From Phycisphaera mikurensis NBRC 102666 (GTDB lineage Bacteria; Planctomycetota; Phycisphaerae; Phycisphaerales; Phycisphaeraceae), in assembly GCF_000284115.1 (NCBI RefSeq), contig NC_017080.1, positions 2,820,001 through 2,852,000 on the forward strand: a DNA stretch of 32,000 nucleotides, given 5' to 3'. Both the position numbers and the translations under genes were made by a program. Positions 27,285-32,000 of the stretch are shown one piece after another. The notes beneath the pieces were generated by a model. That model was not told the origin of the DNA. It did not search any database and saw nothing but the letters and a program-made list of their open reading frames with translations. The first letter of the stretch is position 1. Each line of letters starts with the position of its first letter.

Positions 27285-27467
27285 GGGTCGGGTCTCGTCT
27301 TTCCTGGGCAGTGGCCGCGGGAGCGCGGCGGGCGCGTGGTGCTTTCGCCGCTCGGCCTAGGCCGAAGGGACTACGCGCGGAAGCTAGCGCCAGCCCGGCC
27401 GCGGATCCACCGCGGGCGCGGCTTTTTTCGAGCATCCATGCGGCGGCGTCGGCGTCACACTGCGTCG

Positions 27468-28967
27468 ATGCCCGACGCTCCCGCCCCCGCTCAAGCCCAA
27501 GGCCAAGCCCCCGCCGCGACCGACCGACCGCACTTCGTGGGCATCGCCGGCAGCGGCATGTCCGGTCTCGCCCGGCTTGCGCGTGCCCGTGGCGCGGCGG
27601 TCACGGGAAGCGAGCGGGACGACGGGCCGGCCGCCGCGGCGCTGCGGGCGGAAGGCTTCCCGGTCTGCCTCGGGCAGCGGGCCGACACGCTACCGGCCGA
27701 CGCCACGCGGGTGACCGCCTCGGCGGCCGTGCCCGCGGACCACCCCGAGCTGGTGGAGGCCCGGCGGCGGGGGTTGCCGATCTTGAAGTACGCGGAGGCG
27801 CTCGGCGAGCTCATGGGGCTGCCGGGCACCGAGGGCGTGGCCGTCTCGGGCACCCACGGCAAGAGCAGCACCACCGCGATGCTCGCCCACGTGCTGCTCG
27901 CCTGCGGGCGCGACCCCTCCTTCATCCTGGGCGCGCGGTGCGAGCAGATCGGCGGCGGCAGCCGCTGCGCAGCGGCGGCGGCCGGCGGCGCGGGCCTGGG
28001 CGTGCTGGTGGCCGAGGCGTGCGAGTTCGACCGCAGCTTCCACCACCTCGCCCCGCGGCACGCGATCGTGCTCAACGTCGAGGCGGACCACCTGGACTGC
28101 TACGGCTCGCTCGACGAGATCGTGAAGAGCTTCGGCGTGTTCGTCGGGCGGCTGCCGGCGGGCGGGTCGCTGCTGATCCAGCACGAAGCGGCGGCGCGGA
28201 TCGCGGTGTCGGCCGCGGCCGGGCCCGGGGTCGGGGTCGAGACCCTGGGCTTCTCCCCCGACGCGGACTGGCGGGTGGGCGTGGACCCCGCGGGGCCGGA
28301 CGCCGCCGCCGGGGGACCCTCCGGCGACGCGGGCGTCACGCTCAGCCGGCGCGGCGAAGAAGTCGCCGCGTGGACGCTCGCCCTGCCCGGGCAGCACATG
28401 GCGTACAACGCCGCGGCCGCCGCGGTGACCGCACACCGGCTGGGCGTCCCGCTGGGGGAGGCCGCGGCGGCGCTGTCGGGCTTCCGCGGGCTCGACCGGC
28501 GGATGCAGCGGCGCGGACGCTTCGCCGTGCCCGGCGCCGCCGGGGGTGCCGCCGCCGTGATCGACGACTACGCCCACCACCCCACCGAGATCGACGCGAC
28601 GCTGCGGGCGCTGCGGGGGCACCACCGCCCCGCCCGCCTCTTCTGCGTCTTCCAGCCGCACCAGCACTCCCGCACGCGGCACCTGCTCGCCGAGTTCGCG
28701 ACCGCCTTCGAGCCCGCGGACCGCGTGCTCGTGCCGGACATCTACTTCGTCCGCGACTCCGAAGCCGAGCGGGAGGCGGTGACCTCCGGCGACCTGGTGA
28801 GGCTGCTGCGGGCGGGCGGCGTGGACGCCGAGCACGTCGCGGGCTTCGACGAGGCCGCGGCGACGCTGCGGGCCGAGCTGCGCGACGGGGACCTCGTGGT
28901 GACGATGGGGGCCGGCGACGTCTGGAAGGTGGCCGAGGCGCTGACGCGCCCGCCCGCGGCGGCCTGA
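27468..28967 (+). CDS. murC: UDP-N-acetylmuramate--L-alanine ligase
   Basis: HFVGIAGSGMSGLARLARARG... GVAVSGTHGKSSTTAMLAHVL... YAHHPTEIDATLRALR... FQPHQHSRTRHLL. Confidence 0.95.
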   Translation: MPDAPAPAQAQGQAPAATDRPHFVGIAGSGMSGLARLARARGAAVTGSERDDGPAAAALRAEGFPVCLGQRADTLPADATRVTASAAVPADHPELVEARRRGLPILKYAEALGELMGLPGTEGVAVSGTHGKSSTTAMLAHVLLACGRDPSFILGARCEQIGGGSRCAAAAAGGAGLGVLVAEACEFDRSFHHLAPRHAIVLNVEADHLDCYGSLDEIVKSFGVFVGRLPAGGSLLIQHEAAARIAVSAAAGPGVGVETLGFSPDADWRVGVDPAGPDAAAGGPSGDAGVTLSRRGEEVAAWTLALPGQHMAYNAAAAAVTAHRLGVPLGEAAAALSGFRGLDRRMQRRGRFAVPGAAGGAAAVIDDYAHHPTEIDATLRALRGHHRPARLFCVFQPHQHSRTRHLLAEFATAFEPADRVLVPDIYFVRDSEAEREAVTSGDLVRLLRAGGVDAEHVAGFDEAAATLRAELRDGDLVVTMGAGDVWKVAEALTRPPAAA

Positions 28968-29002
28968 CGCGCAGCCTCCGGAGGCGGGAGCGCTACGCAA
29001 AA

Positions 29003-29032
29003 GGCCGTCGCCCTTTCTCAAGAGCGACGGCC
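29003..29032. terminator. Hairpin downstream of murC
   Basis: GGCCGTCGC ... GCGACGGCC inverted repeat a few tens of nt after the murC stop. Confidence 0.65.
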
Positions 29033-29416
29033 CACAAGGGTCGAAGGGCACGAACTGCGCGTGACGGCAGTTCCGTCGAGCTGCCTAGCGCAGCGTGCCC
29101 CGGTGGTTGTGCATCTCGATGAGGGGCCAACAACCACAACAATCGGAATCGGACAAGGATCACGCTCCTTTCTGAGGGACTGGTTCCAGCCGTCGCCGGC
29201 CCGGGTTGTCCCCTTCGACCCCCCGAGCACGACGGTCGTCGCGGCGGGCAGGTGGGGAGCGGCCGGGCGGGCCGCCGGAGGATTTCCGCCCCCCGACGTC
29301 CGGGAGGCACAGCGGCCGCATCCGCGGCACAAATCCATTGAAGGACGGCGGGCGGCCGGTGTCAAGGCCTCGCCCGAACTTTTCGCTTACCTGGAGGACC
29401 GCTCCCCCGCGGCGGC

Positions 29417-29623
29417 TCAGGCGGCCTGCGGCATCGGCTGGCCGACGCCCTCGTCCTCGGCGGCGGCGGCGGGCTCGGGGACGATCGTCTCGAGCCGCTG
29501 GAGGTACCGGCCGAGCGCGTCGGGTGTGAAGGCTTCCAGGAAGGCGGGCGTGGCGCCGGGGTTGAGCCGGCCGATGGCGGCGATGAGTTCGGCCTTGCGA
29601 TCGGCGATGCCGGGGAGGTTCAT
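29417..29623 (-). CDS. Small hypothetical protein
   Basis: MNLPGIADRKAELIAAIGRLNPGATPAFLEAFTPDALGRYLQRLETIVPEPAAAAEDEGVGQPMPQAA; coherent helical sequence. Confidence 0.55.
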   Translation of the reverse strand: MNLPGIADRKAELIAAIGRLNPGATPAFLEAFTPDALGRYLQRLETIVPEPAAAAEDEGVGQPMPQAA

Positions 29624-29786
29624 CGGTTCGTCCTTCTGCGGGAAGCGTGGGGGGAGGCCGCCCGGCCGGGCGGCGGCCGGCTGCTTTCGGGAAGAGCGGT
29701 CGGTCGGACGCTCGGCGTGTAACCGGTGCGGACCCGCGGCCGCCCGCCCGCCGCGAGCCACCCCGCCCCGGCTTTATCCTTGGCCC

Positions 29787-30956
29787 ATGCCGATCACCAT
29801 CCTCTCGCCGCACTCCGGCAAGCCCGTGAAGATCCGCGACCAGGACCTCGGCCGGACCGTGCGGGACGAGGAGAAGCGGGTCTTCTTCGTGCTCGAGCGG
29901 CCCGGGGGCGGCGGGTATTACGCCGCCCTCACGCGCAACGGCAGCGAGAAAGACCTGGCGCGCTACGACGCCCTGGAGGCGAGGACGTCCGCCGGGGCGA
30001 CGCACGTGCAAGCGGTTGCCGCCGCCACGCCGCACGACGCCACCGGCCCGGGCCGCCCCGGCGGCAAGCTGCGTTGGATCGGGCTGGTGCTCGCGCTCGC
30101 GGTCCTGCTCGCCGCGGCGTACCTCGGTTATCGGGTTCTCTTCGACCGCGGGCTGCTCCCGGCCGCGGCGCCGGCGCCGCCGGCGGTGCCGCGGCTGCCC
30201 GCGGTGCCGGCGCTGCCCGGCGACGTGCTGCCGAGCCCGATGCCGCCGGCACCCGCCGGGGCGTGGATCGTGCCCGCGGCCTCGGTGCCGGCGCCGGCCG
30301 CGGCGTCGCCGCGACGCACCGCGCAGGCCCGCGACTACGCCGTGGTGCGTTACGAGCTGGCCGCCCCCGGCGGCGCGGTCATCGACGCCACGCACCCGAT
30401 GAAGCCGCTGGGCTTCGTGCTCTTCTCCGGCACCGCCTTCCGCGGGCTCGACAACACGGTGGCCGGCATGGCGGTGGGCGAGCGGAGAGCGGTCGAGCTG
30501 CCGGCGGCGGAGGTGGACGCGCAGCTGCCCGCCGGCGGCGCCGCGTACCGGCTGACGGTCGAGCTGCTGGGGCTGCTCCCGGGCGTCACCAAGGAGCTCG
30601 TGCGTCCGGGCGAGACCGGCGGGCGGGCCGCCGCCCCGGGTGACCGCCTGCGGCTGGCGTGGAGCGTGCGTCTCGACGGCCGCGCCGAGGCCATCGTCTC
30701 CACCGCCGACACCGGCGGCCCGGTGGCGGTGACGCTGGGGGCGGGCGACCTCATCGAGGGCCTCGAGCAGAACCTCGCCGGCATGCGCGTGGGCGAGGTG
30801 GCCAACTTCCGGGTGCCGCCCCACCTCGCCTACGGCGCGGCGGGCGCCGCCGGCGGCCTGGTGCCGCCGGACGCGGACGTGCTCGTCCGGGTGGAGCTGC
30901 TGGGCCTCGACGACGCCGCCGTGGCCGGCACCGGCGGGGAGGAGCCCGGGCGGTGA
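29787..30956 (+). CDS. Membrane-anchored protein with FKBP-type peptidyl-prolyl isomerase domain(s)
   Basis: TM segment WIGLVLALAVLLAAAYLGYRVLF, then GTAFRGLDNTVAGMAVGERRAVELP... and GAGDLIEGLEQNLAGMRVGEVANFRVPPHLAYG... VPPDADVLVRVELLGL. Confidence 0.85.
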   Translation: MPITILSPHSGKPVKIRDQDLGRTVRDEEKRVFFVLERPGGGGYYAALTRNGSEKDLARYDALEARTSAGATHVQAVAAATPHDATGPGRPGGKLRWIGLVLALAVLLAAAYLGYRVLFDRGLLPAAAPAPPAVPRLPAVPALPGDVLPSPMPPAPAGAWIVPAASVPAPAAASPRRTAQARDYAVVRYELAAPGGAVIDATHPMKPLGFVLFSGTAFRGLDNTVAGMAVGERRAVELPAAEVDAQLPAGGAAYRLTVELLGLLPGVTKELVRPGETGGRAAAPGDRLRLAWSVRLDGRAEAIVSTADTGGPVAVTLGAGDLIEGLEQNLAGMRVGEVANFRVPPHLAYGAAGAAGGLVPPDADVLVRVELLGLDDAAVAGTGGEEPGR

Positions 30957-32000
30957 AGGCGCTCCGCCGCCGATCGCGTGCCACGCTCGCGGTGCTCGCT
31001 GTGTCCGCCGCGGCGGGCCTGGTTCTCGCCGCGACCCTCGGGTCCGCGAGCTCCGCCCCGAGCACCGACGCCTTCCGCTACAGCGTGCAGGTCGACTGCA
31101 TCACCCTCGACCCGCAGAACACCAGCTCGCTGGTCGACTTCCGCGTCATCGAGACGATCTACGAGGGCCTGCTCGCGGTCGAGCCGGGGTCCGGTGCGCT
31201 CCGCCCCGCCGCCGCGTCGCTGCCCGAGGTCTCCGCCGACGGCCGGACGCTCACCTTCCGCCTCGACCCCGCCGCCCGCTGGTGCAACGGCGACCCGGTC
31301 ACCTCCGGCGACTTCGCCTTCGCGTGGACGCGCTCGCTCGCCACCGATTTCGCCGCGGTCTACGGCGGGCTCTTCGACGCGATCGACGGGGCGGAAGCGG
31401 CCTCGTCCCTCCGCGACGCGCAGCTGGAGGCGTACCGGCCCGGCACCGACGATCCCGAAGCGCTCTGGCACGCGTGGCTGGAGGCGGCCCGCGGGACCGT
31501 CGGCCTCGACGCGAGCGATCCCGCCGTGCTCGTCGTCCGCCTCGCCCGGCCGGTTGCCTACTTCCCGCAGCTGACCGCCTTCGGCGTCTTCGCCCCGAAC
31601 CACCGGCCGACGGTGGAGGCCGCGCTCTCCTTCGACGGCCGCACCGGCCGGGTCTTCCTCGACGCCGACGCGTTCAACGATCCCGACCGCGCCGTCACCA
31701 ACGGCCCGTACCGGCTCGCCGCCTGGGAGCACCGCCGGCGGATCGTGCTCGAGGCCAACCCGCACCACGCCGCGTCGCCCGCGACGCCGCGCGTCGTGCA
31801 GGACGTGGTGGAGGACAACGACCCGCTGCGGCTGGCCCGCGGCTTCGACGGCGACGCCGACTGGGTGCCCGATCTCGGCGGAGACCTCGCCGTGCGGCTG
31901 ATCGAGGCCGGCACGCCCGGCGTGATCACGATCCCGCGGGCGGGGCTCGAGTACGTCAGCCTCAACTGCCGCGACACCGTCGGTGGCCGAGCCAACCCGC
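30953..32000 (+). CDS. ABC-type oligopeptide/solute-binding protein (SBP_bac_5/OppA-like), 3' truncated by window
   Basis: GTG start overlapping the preceding stop (GTGA). FRYSVQVDCITLDPQNTSSLVDFRVIETIYEGLLAVEPGSGALRPAAA... TFRLDPAARWCNGDPVTSGDFAFAWTR. Confidence 0.85.
   Translation, partial: MKALRRRSRATLAVLAVSAAAGLVLAATLGSASSAPSTDAFRYSVQVDCITLDPQNTSSLVDFRVIETIYEGLLAVEPGSGALRPAAASLPEVSADGRTLTFRLDPAARWCNGDPVTSGDFAFAWTRSLATDFAAVYGGLFDAIDGAEAASSLRDAQLEAYRPGTDDPEALWHAWLEAARGTVGLDASDPAVLVVRLARPVAYFPQLTAFGVFAPNHRPTVEAALSFDGRTGRVFLDADAFNDPDRAVTNGPYRLAAWEHRRRIVLEANPHHAASPATPRVVQDVVEDNDPLRLARGFDGDADWVPDLGGDLAVRLIEAGTPGVITIPRAGLEYVSLNCRDTVGGRANP

Noticed and set aside
25323-27467. First ~715 aa of the 1214-aa ORF 25323..28967
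   Set aside because: Antisense of the DUF11-like gene. Only the part from ATG 27468 is a real gene (murC).
28714-28723. CCGCGGACCG core inside murC considered as a seventh palindromic element
   Set aside because: No CGGTCCGCGG partner at the 26-nt spacing; it encodes the conserved PADRV segment of MurC.
27690-29051. 453-aa minus-strand ORF opposite murC
   Set aside because: Shadow ORF, no recognisable motif.
29085-29114. MHNHRGTLR considered as a histidine attenuator leader peptide
   Set aside because: Only two His codons and no his biosynthesis gene downstream on that strand; kept only as a weak small-ORF observation.

Overview
High-GC bacterial chromosome segment. Gene content, PEP-CTERM protein and repeat style suggest a Planctomycetes/Phycisphaerae-like host (inference). 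Mostly housekeeping genes: rpsM-rpmJ-infA, an initiator tRNA, lepA, gspE/pilB-like ATPase, hisA, rdgB, GH57 enzyme, murC, FKBP isomerase, start of an OppA-like gene. Two observations stand out. (1) At 4.68-8.61 kb, a compositionally distinct two-gene operon encodes a 1057-aa STAND/SAMD9-like protein (alpha/beta domain, P-loop lacking the Walker A lysine, TPR-like region, possible C-terminal OB-like tail) whose 3' end overlaps by 14 nt a 254-aa TOPRIM-domain protein. It is a candidate undescribed defence system with a sensor ATPase and TOPRIM effector, formally analogous to PARIS. (2) A family of six 46-nt palindromic elements, CCGCGGACCG-N26-CGGTCCGCGG, has invariant length. They lie in intergenic and intragenic positions, and two sit in ORFs in the same phase, encoding S-A-D-[RH]-x8-T-V-R-G. 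Also present: a RAYT-like transposase gene flanked by ~60-bp direct repeats, two octanucleotide (ACTTCTTC/GCTTCTTC) arrays, a tRNA T-arm copy inside a large palindrome, and tandem paralogous small lipoproteins.
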